DNA from: Octopus sinensis
Taxonomy: Eukaryota
Assembly (NCBI RefSeq): GCF_006345805.1
Contig: NC_043005.1
Location: 44,206,001 to 44,270,000, forward strand
Reading direction: 5' to 3'
DNA: 64,000 nt
This document shows positions 13,968-27,920 of this stretch, piece after piece. Each line of letters starts with the position of its first letter. Within the stretch, counting starts at the first letter, position 1. Under the pieces are notes generated by a model, which was given only the letters and a program-made list of their open reading frames with translations, ran no database searches and was not told the origin of the DNA. The translations under genes and the position numbers were made by a program.

Positions 13968-14523
13968 ATGCCCTGATGCAGTACAAGGCAGTTGCTCTTG
14001 TGGCTTCTGATCTTAACTGATTGGAAGTGTTATCATGTACATTGTTTTCTTGGTATAAAAGATATGGGCTACAGCAAATATTCTGCTCAATAACACAGAT
14101 TTATTGGTCAGTTGTTTGACCTTAACCAGTTGAGCATGCCCCTTAGAAGCTGATGATATTTGCATCTCTAATCACGAGCAGAAGTAGTGGGGGAGTATCA
14201 TAGCCATGTGTTGAGAGGGATTCTTTGGGGTTTGAATAATTCACCTCTGGAAACATGGGTGTTTCGTTCAACATCCTTAAACAACCATTATTCATGGACC
14301 TTTTGAGCGGGATGGGTTACTCGACCAGAAGAAAATTCTAACTGGGCCCCACCTGCAAGGTCATGTGCTGTTTATCTTGATATGAGATCACCATGTTGCG
14401 CACATATGTTTGTTATGCATGTGCCTAGTGTACCCTTATCAGACAAGTAGTCATGATGGGTATACTGGGCTTCATATATTTTACCCCAGTGTCACTTTGA
14501 TGGCATGCACTGCTCTCTCACTC
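13968..14523. mobile_element. Unclassified ~556-bp interspersed element flanked by (TAA)n
   Basis: A GC-richer block with sharp boundaries between TAA runs. It has no ORF and no TIR. Confidence 0.5.
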
Positions 14524-14645
14524 AATAATAATAATGAGCTGTATAAAATTGTATCACAAGTATCATAACAGAAAACAAACTAGTAAGAAATCAATATTTT
14601 TTTTATTTTGTTTTGATTCCTTTCTCAAACTGCATAATCACTCAC

Positions 14646-14781
14646 CTTTTCTTATCAGTTTCATTTTCAGCATTGAAGTAAAATGTCCGCAGTGACTTCT
14701 CAGGAGGACTGACAACAAAACCATATTTCTTCTCTGGCAGAGCTCTGTCATCTACCTCATAGCCATGAAAGTGAGCAACAC
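14646..14781 (-). CDS. 136-nt exon: C-terminal half of the PH domain (PDZPH1-like suspected)
   Basis: Acceptor gtgtcttttaatcAG and donor AG|GTgagt. The phase-1 start joins the previous exon: (G)VAHFHGYEVDDRALPEKKYGFVVSPPEKSLRTFYFNAENETDKK(R). KKYGF and RTFYFNAENE are PH beta5-beta7 motifs. The PDZPH1 assignment comes from recalled similarity, not a search, so no symbol is given. Confidence 0.93.
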
Positions 14782-15419
14782 CTGATTAAAAGACACAATA
14801 ATGACATATACATACATATATATATATATATATAAGCTTAAAGTTTATAAGTGCTCACTGTGTAATGACTAAATAAAATAGTCTTATAATGAGGCATATA
14901 GGCCCGCAACGGAAAAAGTAGGGCTCATATTTGTCAGAAAACAAAGAGCTGTGGGTTCAAGGCCCATGCATACAGGAAACCCTACTTTTTTTGTCAAGGG
15001 CTTATTTACCCCATTATTAGACTATTTTCTTTAGTCATTGCATGGTGATTGCTTATAAGCTTTAAGCTTATAAAATATTATTATCATTTGCAGAATAGTA
15101 AAAATTGACAAAAACCATCACATATGTGTGTGTGTGTGTGTGTGTATGTATATATATATATATATAAATATATATACATGTATATATGTATGTATATATC
15201 AGCTTCAAAAACAAATTTGCTACTACCAGATGCAAATAAATGAGCAAATTAACCAGTAAATAAAGAAAACTGAATTGCAAAATTTTACTTCAGAGCTTTT
15301 AAGCTGGGCTACAGTTTACTGTAAGCAAAATGATCAAGATGAGATAACCACAGAGTTTGCTGGCTTTTAAATTCTGATTCAAATACCATTAATTCTATTC
15401 TTTCAATGTTCCAGAGTGA

Positions 15420-15710
15420 AGATGCATGGCTTAGCAGTTAGGCTATTGAGCTCATGAACATAAGGTTATGAGTTCAATTCCCAGTGGAGCGTTGTGTCCT
15501 TGAGCAAGACACTTAATTTCATGTTGCTTCAGTACATTCAGCTGGCAAAAATGAGTAGTACCTGTAATTGAAAGGGCCAACCTTGTCACATTCTGCTTCT
15601 TGCTGAATCTCCCTGAGAACAAAATTAAGGGTACACGTGTCAGTGGAGAGATCAGCCACTTGCACATTAATTTCATAAGCATGCTTTTCCATTGATTGGA
15701 TCATTGTTCC
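15420..15710 (+). mobile_element. SINE family B (tRNA-derived head with A/B-box-like motifs)
   Basis: gcatggcttagcagttagg...gagttcaattcc...ttgagcaagacact...cagctggcaaaaatgagtag. Other copies lie at ~18412-18735 (+), 21822-22140 (-), 24065-24200 (+), 47862-48075 (+) and 54405-54690 (-). Confidence 0.8.
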
Positions 15711-16026
15711 ACAGAATTAGTGGTGTTGAAATTCTGAGATAAATGGTAAATATTGAAACTCTGCTTCCATATGCTAATAATTTAAATCATTACTTTAAGG
15801 TTTCATCTCTTAAATTTAGGTACATAATTTAAATGTTAATTTTAGGATTTATTACTAAATGTTCATTTTGCCAAAGCTGCTTGGAACTAGATCTCTAGAT
15901 TTTATTCTTGGCTTTCAAAGCAACAAATATGTTAAATAAAAATGCTTTAACAGTTATATAAATCCATTGAAGCTTATAATGAAACAAGAAGTATTATATA
16001 GTTGATATTTTATAGTATGTACATAC

Positions 16027-16061
<35 letters not shown>

Positions 16062-17859
16062 TGATGTATGTATGTATGTATGTATGTATGTATGTATACA
16101 TACCTGTGTATGTGTATGTGTGTGTGTGTGAGACAATGCTTGTGAAGTATGTAATTCAATTTGTCATTTGAATATTCTTAATTAGAAATTTCAGAATTTG
16201 AGTATTGAAGGTATTTCATCAGATATAATATCAAGTTTGTCGTAACACACCAACAGAGAATGGAAAAGTGTAAGTTGATAAAGATTGGAAATCTTATTTT
16301 GTGGGATGTGATAAGCCACAAACTATACAGAAATCAATAACATACATTATACTTGAAATGCAAGATTTAACTTCATATTTCTATTTAATACCTTAAATTT
16401 ATCAAATTTATTGACATGATACAGTTCAATTAAAACATATCTGTAGAAATTATCAATAGAATTGAACTTTAATTGCTTAACTGAGATGCTTAACTCATAT
16501 GCAACATGACTGGGTGAATGCAAAGAGTTATTAAATTTCCTTCCTTTTTTTTATTCTATTTTAATTTAAAAAAGAGCTAGTTAACTAAGAATTAAGTTAA
16601 ATTTACACAGCAAGTTTTGTTTATATAACAAAATATACAGGAAGAATGGAGCATCAATGTTAACTGTTCCACACTTGGCAGTTATATAAAGTTGAACATT
16701 TTAATGAAGCAGGTGGTGTTATTTAATGTAGATCATTTATGTAATAGAGTTTTATAAAGACAAAGTAGATTTCAAACCTGATAACCACATAGATCAATAT
16801 GGTTTTCAAGGAAACTTGCAATTGTTACATGTTCCAGATAAAAATAAAACAAAAACACTAGCTTCTATCACATGTTATACATATTTGAGAGCAATACATA
16901 AATATATATTTATGAAACTGTATATAGTTTTTATCAATATTATCATTTAATGTTTTTCAAAAATTCCCTTCTTTTCCCATTTTATTTAATAATCAAAATT
17001 AACCCATATAGCTGTTAAAATGTATCCTATTTTAATATTTTATGTAATTTATTTTAAACCAATAAAATTTAATAGCATCTTCAGTATAATGTCAACAGAA
17101 GATTTTAAATCAATTTATAACAGATTTTCCACGATCTTTTAAAAAACAAATAACAATCAGTATCTGCGAATATGGATGTTATCATTTTCCTTTCCCAATT
17201 TACAAACACTTAAATTTTAATGAACTACAGGGTGCTTGAAATATATTTTACAAAATGCATTTTACTTAATGTTTCTCCCATAAAATCTACCTTTTGGTTT
17301 AGATGAGGGGGGAAAAAAAAATAAAAGGAGATACAATACAACATCAATCATGGAATTAAATTAGAACAGTCGAAACTTCTAATTTAATTCTGTGAATTTT
17401 TCATGACATCAAAAATATCACATCATGCAATAATGTTTTCATATGAAGATACATATCAAAGAATCATAAATCTAACTCTAAACATAACCGTTTAAAACAA
17501 AAATAATCCAAATGAACTCTGGAATGTAAGATGCATGAAAGAGATTGATCAACTTTTAAGAGATTAAATTTAAATAATACACACACACACACATATATAT
17601 ATATACCTACATACATGTATATATGATTTTTTTTTGTGGCATACTAGGAAATATCAAGACAAGTTGAAGCTAGTTTATTTGATTCATTTATTTGTTATGA
17701 ATATTTAATCTAAGATAAATTATTCAAGAGTAGTGCATTATTTGAAAGGTCCTTTGTTTTTGTTAAATGGTTCTCTTTATAAAAATGAGGAAACTGAGAA
17801 TCAGATTCTAGTGTATAGAGACGTGAAGATTTAGAGAATCTGAAACATAGTCTATATGA

Positions 17860-20024
17860 GTGTTTCCCAACCAGGGCCCAGAACCTTACAGTTCCATCAA
17901 AGAGGTTGCTAGAGATTTTGAAAGAAATAAGAATTTATAGTCAAATCATATACATATATATGTATCCAATTTGAACCATCTTGCATTTAATTCTATATTC
18001 ATAATTTTATATATATAATGTTGTTACTAAACTTTTACTTTTATATTATAGTACAGAAGATAGTAGGGATTATAATTTCTGTATGATTTAATAGAGTTGT
18101 TGCTGTTTAGTTACCTATTTAGGAATGGTTGTAATTTACTTGTTGAATATATTTATCAATACAGTTGTACATGGGGTAAATGTGTTTGAAAGTTGTGGTT
18201 TCTTTGGTTTGTTTGTTCCCAAACAACACTTATTTTAGTGCTGTTCACAACACCAGATTGAATGGTACTGCCCAGGTGTCAAAACCATAATGATATCCAT
18301 GGGGCAGCTGATGATGGAGGCATGTTGGATTGTTGGTATGGCTGTGGAATAGTATTATGACACATCCTTTTGATATATATATATATGCACAGTACATTCT
18401 TAAAGGTGTGGAAGGCATGTGGCTTGGTGGTTAGGGCATTCGGTCCATGATTGCAAAATCATGAGTTCAATACCTGGTGATGCATTGCATCTTTGAGCAA
18501 GACACTTTATTTCATGTTGGTCCAGTCCACTCAGCTGACAAAAATGAGTAGTACTTGAATTTCAAAGGGTCAACCTTGTCACACACTGAGTCATACTGAA
18601 TCTCCCTGAGAACTACGTTAAGGGTACACGTATCTGTGGAGTGCTCAGCCACATGTACGTTAATTTCATGAGCAGGCTGTTCCACTGATTAGATCAACTG
18701 GAACTCTTGTTGTTGTAACAGACATTGTGCCAGTATTTCAAAAGGCAGGCAAAAACTGGCATCTGTAAGTTAGAAGGTGAACATGTAGGAAAAATTACCT
18801 TAAGAAGAATAATAGAGGAATTTGGTCTAAACATGACTTTGTTTAAGATGAAATTTCTCCTTTGTGGTACTTGATAGGTTCAACACTGCCAAAACCTTGC
18901 AAACACATCTTTTATGAATCTTTTAATCACCAAAAAAAATTATCTTTATGAAAGCAAACAAAAAAGTTTATTAAAACTGCAATCTTTATAAAGTGGTTTC
19001 CTGAGACATAGAATGTATTTTTAAGGTCCATGGGGAAATGCTGGTTCATATGCTGCAAATTATAGTCAATCATTTAAGTATTTAGAAACAAGATGACCAT
19101 AAACAAAGGCATTGAATCATATTGTCTTGCTGATTTTTCATATACTAGGAACTGCATGGAACAGTGAAACTGTCTTTATTTAAGAAGACAGTGATTGGTT
19201 TAAAAAAAAATTTGGCAGCTATTTCCAGCTGGTCGAGTGACCACAGAGAGATTTTTTTCATAAACTTGAAATTAAATTCATGGCTGCCTTCTTGAGTTTG
19301 AGAAGATATATTATTCTAAATAATAAATTGGGTATTCATGATAGCATTTTAAGGGCCCCTGAAAAAATTTTGTTTTAGATGTGTGTATTGGTTAGTATTG
19401 CAAGAAACTGCTAGGTTTCTTTCCCTAATGTTTTACACAGTTCAACCAATGCAAGTTAATACTCTTTACTCTGGTACTCTTTTACTTGTTTCAGTCATTT
19501 GATGTGGCCATGCTGGAGTGCCGCATTTAATCAAGCAAATCGTTCCCAGGACTTATTCTTTGTAAGCCTAGTACTTATTCTATTAATCACTTTTGCCGAA
19601 CCGCTAAGTTACGGGGATGTAAACACACCAGCATCGGTTGTCAAGCGATGTTGGGGGGACAAACACAGACACGCAAATATATACACACACATATATACAT
19701 ATATATATATATGACAGGCTTCTTTTCAGTTTCCGTCTATCAAATCCACTCACAAGGCTTTGGTTGGCCCAAGGCTATAGTAGAAGACACTTGCCCAAGG
19801 TTCCACACAGTGGGACTGAACCTGGAAGCACGTGGTTCGTAAGCAAGCTACTTACCACACAGCCACTCCTATGCCTTAATAATGTATGAAAAACAAAATA
19901 AGAATTTTGAAAGAAATATTTATAATACTAGTTTTTAATCATCAAATGGCTGGGGGAGGGGTCCACCAGAATAAAATGGTAATCAAAGGGGTCCATAGAT
20001 AAAACATGGTTGAGAACCCCTGAT
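17860..20024. mobile_element. Possible old hAT-type element ends enclosing later SINE insertions
   Basis: gagtgtttcccaacc at ~17857 and ggttgagaacccctg at ~20008 resemble inverted hAT-type termini. I did not confirm a TSD. Confidence 0.3.
19475..19872 (-). mobile_element. SINE family A
   Basis: Reverse complement of the family A consensus, CpG-rich. Confidence 0.8.
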
Positions 20025-20641
20025 TTAAGACAACTGAAATTATAAGTCAGCAAATAGTCAACAATACAACTGGCTATAATACTATGTTAACTTGGTGTCA
20101 TAGCCAAGGCTTAGAAAAACTAAAGTAGATTAACCGCTGATCTTTATTCAAATTCTTTTTTATAAATTCAAAAAGAAATAAATTTATTCCACTATAATGT
20201 AACTTAAAGCACTGTTTTGAACAAACCTTACATTTGTGTACATAAGAATGCTTATGTCATAAACATTAGTTGCTATAGTATTAAGAATTAGATAAAACAT
20301 TAACTATTTATTTGTTTTAGGTGTGAATATTCAATTTATTGGGTGAGAGAGAAAGGAGTAGAAGGAGAAAATAATTTGCATTCTTTAGAATCGAATATAC
20401 TTTTACTATATATACTGGTTTCCTGAAATGAAGAAAGTTTTAGTTAAAATTTCTAAACTTGGGAAAAGTATACTAAAAGAAAATTGAATTATTCATAACA
20501 GAGCTGCAAGTTGTAAGCTTGATTTTAAAAAAGTCAGTGTAATATGTGATAAAGATAAGACTACACTGAAGTTTAGCTGAGACTATTAGCAATAAATAAT
20601 TTGTTCAAGTAAGATAATGAACATTAGCAATGCACACTTAC

Positions 20642-20828
20642 CTTTGGCACTAATGGATTCAATATTCTTATAGTAGTAGACACAGGCATCCTTCAAAATA
20701 CAATAGCGCCGTCGCCACACTTTTCGATTCATGCCCATTTTATACAAATAACCACTACAATCTGGACGCTTTATTTCAAGAGCAGGAATTCCAACATTAT
20801 GGCTGGTAACATCAAGCCAGGAATCTTT
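20642..20828 (-). CDS. 187-nt exon: linker plus N-terminal half of a PH domain (PDZPH1-like suspected)
   Basis: Acceptor tattcttttttatttattatAG and donor G|GTaagt. The frame is open: KDSWLDVTSHNVGIPALEIKRPDCSGYLYKMGMNRKVWRRRYCILKDACVYYYKNIESISAK(G). GYLYK..W.RRY..L....YY is the PH beta1-beta3 signature. Confidence 0.93.
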
Positions 20829-20892
20829 CTATAATAAATAAAAAGAATATAGTATGGTTTATAAGAATTATGGAGAAACTTTGAGTATATAC

Positions 20893-20931
<39 letters not shown>

Positions 20932-23900
20932 TCATTATTTAAAATTCGCTTTCCATGCTGGCATGGGTTGGACAGTTTGGCAGGAGCTGGCCAGGCATGA
21001 GCTTGTACCAGACCTCTGTGTCTGTTTTGGCATGGTTTTTGCAACTGGATGCCCTATTACTGTGAAGCTGTCTTCCTCTTAAAAGCAACCAACCAGCCAT
21101 GAAACATGTCAGTAATTTCCTTATTATTTGTGTGTGTGTGGAGAGAACAAAATGTATTCACATTTGTTTACTTTCTACAATGTACAATTCAGACATTAAA
21201 AGTTGTAGACTTATCTACATTAAATTTATTGTAGCACACACACACATTATGAAAGTATCTTCTTGTAGCCAAGAAAACAGTAACATATTGAACATCTTAT
21301 AATATTCTACCAAACAATACCTCTCACAGTAATCAAATCAATATAAACTTCCCAAACTCATAGATAATCAAATCAATAAGCTATCTTATACAAATCCAGT
21401 TCCAGGACTGGGTGGCTTTCTAGATCTACACCCAAAATTCTGTAATGCAAGCCTTGCTAAACCCCTGAAATACAATGATAGAATCATGCAGATGCTGGAA
21501 GCCTATCAAGAACATGGAAAGAACCAATAGCATATATTCATACACATGGCAGTGGGGTATGAACAAACCACTACAGGCTTAAATTGCAACAGAAAACATG
21601 TAGAAGAGGTAACAAATTGTTTATACAAATATATCTTTCAGAACACAAACAAATTTTGAAGAGTCTGCTTATCTGGATATCAAGGGTTAACTGTGTGTAC
21701 TTTGATTTCATCAAAACCTTTAACAAGTTTGACCAGGTAACATTATATCACAAGTGGTAAAATGCTAGCATAACAAGAGGTTTAACATTTAAGCATTGAG
21801 ATTATTCTGTCAAATGTTTGGCACTCCGTTGCTTATGACAATGAGGATTTCAGTTAGCCTGATCAATGGAACAGTCTGTTTGTGAAATTAATGTGCAAGT
21901 GGCTGGGCACTTCACAAAAGATGTGTACCCTTAATGTAGTTCTCAGGGAGATTCAGAGTGACACAGAGTGTGATAAGGCTGGCTCTTTGAAATACAGGTA
22001 CTACACATTCTTGCCAGCTGAGTGTACTGGAGCAACATGAAATAAAATGTCTTGCTCAAGGACACAACAAGCCATCAAGAATCAAACTCACAGCCTTACA
22101 ATTGTGAGCTGAATACCCTAACCACTAATCCATGCATCCACCTACCCTTCTGTCAAATGTAATGCTTATTTATTCACATTGTTTTGTATTAATCATGCAT
22201 CATCTTGTGGCTTCAAGATTTTGATGATGATTACTTATTTTTAGAATGACACTGTAAGGTAGGTGTGAGATGTTGGACCTGGCCAAATTGAACATAAAAG
22301 ATGCAGAATATTTTGATCAGATATGGCCAGTTTAAATGCTAAAGGACTAAGCATTTGGATCAATGATTTCCTGAAAGTCCAAATTCAAATAATAATGGCT
22401 AATATAGAGTCCTGAATGTAGTAATATGTGGAACAAGACAAGACACTGTTCTGAGTCTCTTTTCTTCCTCAAAATATTGTTATACAATGGATTACACACA
22501 GTAGCTATGGAAACAACACTAAAATGACACTAGAAAGGTTAAGACAAACAAAGATATCTATGACAGTTACTGAAAACTTCTTGGCTTTAAAAATATTGCG
22601 AAAGGCCTAGCTGAGTTTTTTTACAGGGCTTAGAAAAATTGAATGACCACCGCAATAAGTGGAATATGTTGAATAATATCAAAATTAACTGACCTAAAGC
22701 CAGGAACTTTTGAGCATCATATCGTATGATAATAAAAGACTTTATTAAATGCCACCCAATTTCATACTCTTTATTATAGGGATCTCCAATTAAATGTTCT
22801 CTAAACAGTAAAACAGTTCAAAGCTCTAAACACATCTGTGATCTGAGCAGAGCTTAAATTTATGGATATATGTTTCTTTAAATGTATTCATACAGTGTCA
22901 AGAGTATTTGGACAGAGAGAATATTTGCTTGGAGAGAACCAACACAAAAGACATAGAACATTCTGCTCTGAAGGCAGTCTTGAACAAGCCAAAAAAAAAA
23001 TATCTATATATATAAATAAATAAATAAAATAAAGAACGAACATATATGAATATAAATGTGTGTGTACTTATGCATTTGTTATGTAAATATATGTGTGTGT
23101 GTGTGTGTGTGTGTTTCTGCATTTGTGTTTCTATATGTCTGTATGTAGACATGTATGTACATATGTATGTACAGATGTATGTATGCATACATGTGGTGTA
23201 TGCATGTATATATGTGTATATGTATGTGGTGAGTGTATACATGTATTTACATGTGTATCATATGTGTGAGGGGGAAAGCCTTTGTATTAAACACGTTATA
23301 TTGGAAACACAATTTTCCTATTTCCTTATATGTCCTTTATCTTTAGTTTGGAACAATAAAGTTTCCAGGTCCATCAATATTTCTAGAGCTTCTAAATCTT
23401 AGTCTGTATTAAGTAGTTGGTTGTTAGTTGTGTTTATTATTGTCTATTTATAGTGGGCAGCAAGTATTGTGAAAATGATGCTGTTACTAATGATATTATT
23501 GCTAGATTTAAAATGTTGCCAGTGAATGTGTAGCTACTTTCAGCCATCAGAAACCGGTCTTATTTTATTGCTAAGGTTCTGTGTCTGTGTGTTAATTTTT
23601 GGTTTTTATTTGCTATTAATAAAGTTTCAATAGTTATCTCCTAATTTATTTTGTGGAATTTTATATAAGATGGTTGTGTTATCAACTAAAGATTGCCTAT
23701 TTGGTTTTATTTTGTATTTTGTACTATAATGTGCTACCACATTTCATTGTTGTGAATGTGAGATCAGGTGGTGAGAACATATCGTACTTGTATGTTCATT
23801 GTAACAGTTTAAGTCATAAAGATTACAACTTTCATTTATGCATTGGAATTTTTCTGTATCAAATGGGTCATCTATAGTATATTGTCTGGTTTGCAGGCTT

Positions 23901-24529
23901 ATTTCTGTGTAGTGATTAATTCTAGTCATTTTGTAATACATTCATACAGCTAATTTGGGGTTAGGTGTAATACATGTGTTATTCTGTTTTGAGAGATTTT
24001 TAATGATGTATTTAACCATTTTATAACTGAGATGCCTTTGATTCATATATTGATTCATATATATGTGTGAAGGCATGAGGCCTAGTGGTTAAATTGTTGC
24101 ACTCACAACTGCTAGATTGTGGGTTTGATTCCCTGACTGGGCAGCGCATTGTGTACTTGAGCAAAACACTTCTTTTCACATTGCTCTAGTCCCCATTTCG
24201 ATCAGTAGGTAATGTTGGTTGACTCACCTCGCCAGTGGGGTGGTGTCATTTGAAGGCTAAAGCAATACAAAAGTGCATTGTGACCAGCGACGTGTAACAT
24301 CTGATAGCCTGGTCAGTCATGTGATGTGTGTGTGTGTGTCCCCCTCCACCACCACTTGACAATTAGTGTTGATGTGTTTGTGACCTCGTAATTTAGCAGT
24401 TCAGCAAGAGAGACTGATAAAATAAGTACCAGGCTTAAAATGTAAGTACTGGGTTCAATTCATTTGACTAAAATTCTTTGCTCCAGCATGGCTACAGTCT
24501 AACAATTTAAACAAGCAAAAAATAAATAA

Positions 24530-24840
24530 AGAAACCTATCCGACTCGTGGCCGATGCCAGCACCGCCTCAACTGGCTTCCGTGCCGGTGGCACATAAAAT
24601 ACACCAATCCGACCGTGGCCGTTGCCAGCCTCGCCTGGCACCTGTGCAGGTGGCATGTAAAAAGCACCCACTACACTCACGGAGTGGTTGGCGTTAGGAA
24701 GGGCATCCAGCTGTAGAAACATTGCCAGATTAGACTGGAGCCTGGTGCAGCCTTCTGGCTTCCCAGAACCCCGGTCGAACCGTCCAACCCATGCTAGCAT
24801 GGAGAACGGACGTTAAACGATGATGATGATGATGATGATG
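24530..24840 (+). mobile_element. SINE or LINE-tail element ending in (GAT)n
   Basis: gcgttaggaagggcatccagctgtagaaac...ccaacccatgctagcatggagaacggacgttaaac(gat)n. Related copies lie at ~3797-4180 (+), 590-800 (-), 2528-2740 (-) and 20925-21060 (-). Confidence 0.75.
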
Positions 24841-26421
24841 GTTTATATATCTTTACTGAGTTAGCATTTGTACCAATGAATTTAGTTCAGAAACATTTTT
24901 GCACATTTTTCTACTAATGCATTGAAATATCTGTCGTTTGTTTAATCTTTATGGCTTCTTTATTTAAAGCATTTTCTCCAGAGGAAACCAGATTCATTTT
25001 TGAAAGGATTTACTTTCTGACATTTTATGATTATGCGATCATTTGTTATCTCTGAATATTTAGGCATTTAATGGACTCAAATGTTCTGTATGAATTAGGC
25101 TTCATTCTTACATTTATATATAAAAATTTGTGTCACCTGAGTTTGTGTTTCACCACATTGAATACTGTTGTATTTGGGGACTGAATTGTTTTCTAAATCT
25201 TCATTTCATCTTTCAGTTTATTCTAGTGTATTTCTTCCGATGACTACATCATTGATGTGCCTGATATCCTAGTACACATGGAATGGTTATTTTCTGGAAT
25301 TACTTTGTTCTCAATGTAGACCATACAAAACACCAAAAATGCAAAAGTTTTATATGGTCACTAATGAGTGGAGAGCTATAGTCTTTCCACTCAATGTGTA
25401 TAGATTGCTCCATGTATATCTTCTATGTGCATAAATTGCTCTACTGGCAACATAAGACAGCCTCAGTAGTTCAAGCAATCTGTGGCTATCATGGAATGTT
25501 GTTTGGCATATTGGGTGCCTTTAATGTTGGATACACAATGACCAATATTATTTCTACATTTTCCTTTGCAAGGAAAATCGGTAAATAGGTTTCCTACAAC
25601 CCTGTAAGAAATCTAGTACAGAAAGACAACAGGGTAATGCCATTAGTAAGGAGAGGTTGGGGAAAAATGAAAAGGGAGAGTGAAATGTAGTGTCAGAAAG
25701 AAACAGAAAACACCAAGCTAAAAGGAGTTAAGAGAAGTTAATATAGGTATGAGTTATGGCACTTGTGAATGTGATGGGAGGAATGAAGGGAGGGATGACA
25801 GGAGGAATGAACGCGTAGAAGAAAGTGACAATCGAGATATTGGCAATTAGCGATGGAGAAATGAAAAGCTAAAAATGAAAAATAAAATAATATTGAAACA
25901 ATGAAAAAAATGATGAAGAGCTGAGGCAATGCAAAAGGGTGAGGTTTTAATAGTTTACATAAACTGGGAGGGGACCCTTGGAAATCCTCATGCTGAAATT
26001 TGAATTCTTATACAATTTCTAAAACCGCTTCTCATGAGTGAATACTCTATGTCTCTTGTGTATATTTCTTGATGAGTCTATCAAATGATCTGAATTGTTA
26101 GTGCATTTATTAGGAAAATTATCATGAATCTTTATGGTTCCACAGGTGTACACAGGGTTAAATGAATTCTCTTCTTGTGTATATGAAAAGGAAAATGCTT
26201 CCTGAGGCAGTATTTGCTTTTACAATTGGGAACTGGTTCCAATGCATTGACAAAAACTTGAACCCTTTAACATTCACTTAACTCTGTCAACTATGGATGT
26301 GTTGCAGTCACTCTCTTGATAGGGTCCCTCCATTCAGTATAACTGTAAGAAGCACCACTGGCTCAGTTGAGCCCTTCCACTACCTCTTCACAATCTGCCA
26401 TGTTGCAGTCCCATGACTTTA

Positions 26422-26920
26422 TCATATCCTTGAACAGATGCCATACTTCTGAACAGGTGCCATATCCCTGAACAGGCGCCATATCCTTGAACAGGTGCCA
26501 TATCCCTAAACAGGTGCCATATTCTTGAGCAGATGCCATATCCCTGAACAGGTGCCATATCTCTGAACAGGCTCCATATTCTTGATCAGATACCCATATC
26601 CCTGAACAGGTGACATATCTCTGAACAGGTGCCATATCCCAGAACAGGTGCTATATCCCTGAACAGGTGCCATATCCCAGGATGTGCACCATATCCTTGA
26701 ACAGGTGCCATGTCCCTGAACAGGTACCATATCCCTGAACAGGTGCCATATTCTTGAACAGATGCCATATCCCAGAACAGGTGCCTTATCCCAGAACGAG
26801 CACCATATCCTTGAACAGGTGCCATATCCCTGAACAGATGCTATATCCCTGAACAGGTGCCATATCCCTGAACAGATGCTATATCTCCGAACATATGTTA
26901 TATCACTGAACAGGTGCTAT
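26422..26920. repeat. 19-bp minisatellite, ~26 copies
   Basis: Consensus CCATATCCCTGAACAGGTG. Confidence 0.95.
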
Positions 26921-27920
26921 ACCTAGCCAAAGGGCAATCCATAATTATGCAGGACACAGTCGTCACACCACAGGGGGTACCCAAATGACTAGCTTACAAT
27001 GAGTTATTATGACTAGTGTAGTTTTGGGAACAATAATGTCAATCTAACAATGCTACTAGTATTATTGAGGAAAATCAAATATGGAAATTAATCAGAGGTT
27101 TTGAGCATATAGCTCATGTTTACACAAAACAGAGTATATTATTTTCTGGCAAAACAACACATGCAAATGAATTGGAAAAGACTTATAACAGAGTATGAAT
27201 TTTTAAAGATTATTTTCCTCTTGAACTTTATTCAGATCAAATGAAGAATGTGGCCTACAGTAGTTCCTGAGTGTGGACTACTGCCATGCTTTGGCATCAC
27301 CTTCAAAGGTTTTAGTAAATCAGACTAGAATTTATTTCAGTTTGGTAATCAATCTTTGTTTATCATATAGCTAAATTACATACAGCTTAGTGCAAAGGAA
27401 CATAACTGGATGCACCATTTATACATGAATGTACACAAAGGCACACCAACACACACATACACAGCAGGATTCTGCACAGTCTCCGTCTACCGAATTTTAC
27501 TTGTAAGTCATTGGTCAACCCAGAGATAATAGACAAGACATACACTCAAGGTGCCCTGCTGTAGAATTGAACCTGGAACTGTATGGTTATGAAGCAAGCT
27601 TCTTAACTACATTGCTATGTCTGTGCTAATATAGTTAACATTTACACATGAGTTTGCTGTACAAATTAAGATTCTCTAAGGCATTCAAGCAAAGACAGCT
27701 GATAGTCTGAATTAATTATATGTGAACAGAAATAAATCTATACATTAGATAACAAAAAAAAAGACCTTAGTTGTTGCTGTTGTTCAGCCCCAGGTCAGAC
27801 CTCATCAAATATATCTATGATCAAAGATATTTTTACCTTTTTCTTTTTGAACATAGTATATCTAGAAATACATTATCTAATGTGTTCTTCCATTTTTTAA
27901 GATAACAGAATATGCTTTAA

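Noticed and set aside
15420-15490. tRNA-like heads of family B and related repeats as tRNA genes
   Set aside because: They do not form complete cloverleaves and continue into shared SINE bodies.
23505-23950. GAAACCGGTC motif and a weakly GIY-YIG-like minus-strand frame (possible Penelope remnant)
   Set aside because: The CUGANGA core is not recoverable, the motif and frame are on opposite strands, and the similarity is too weak.
26363-26825. Repetitive ORFs, or a CRISPR-like array, at the 19-bp repeat
   Set aside because: The units abut with no unique spacers and the context is eukaryotic. The ORFs arise from the 19-bp periodicity.
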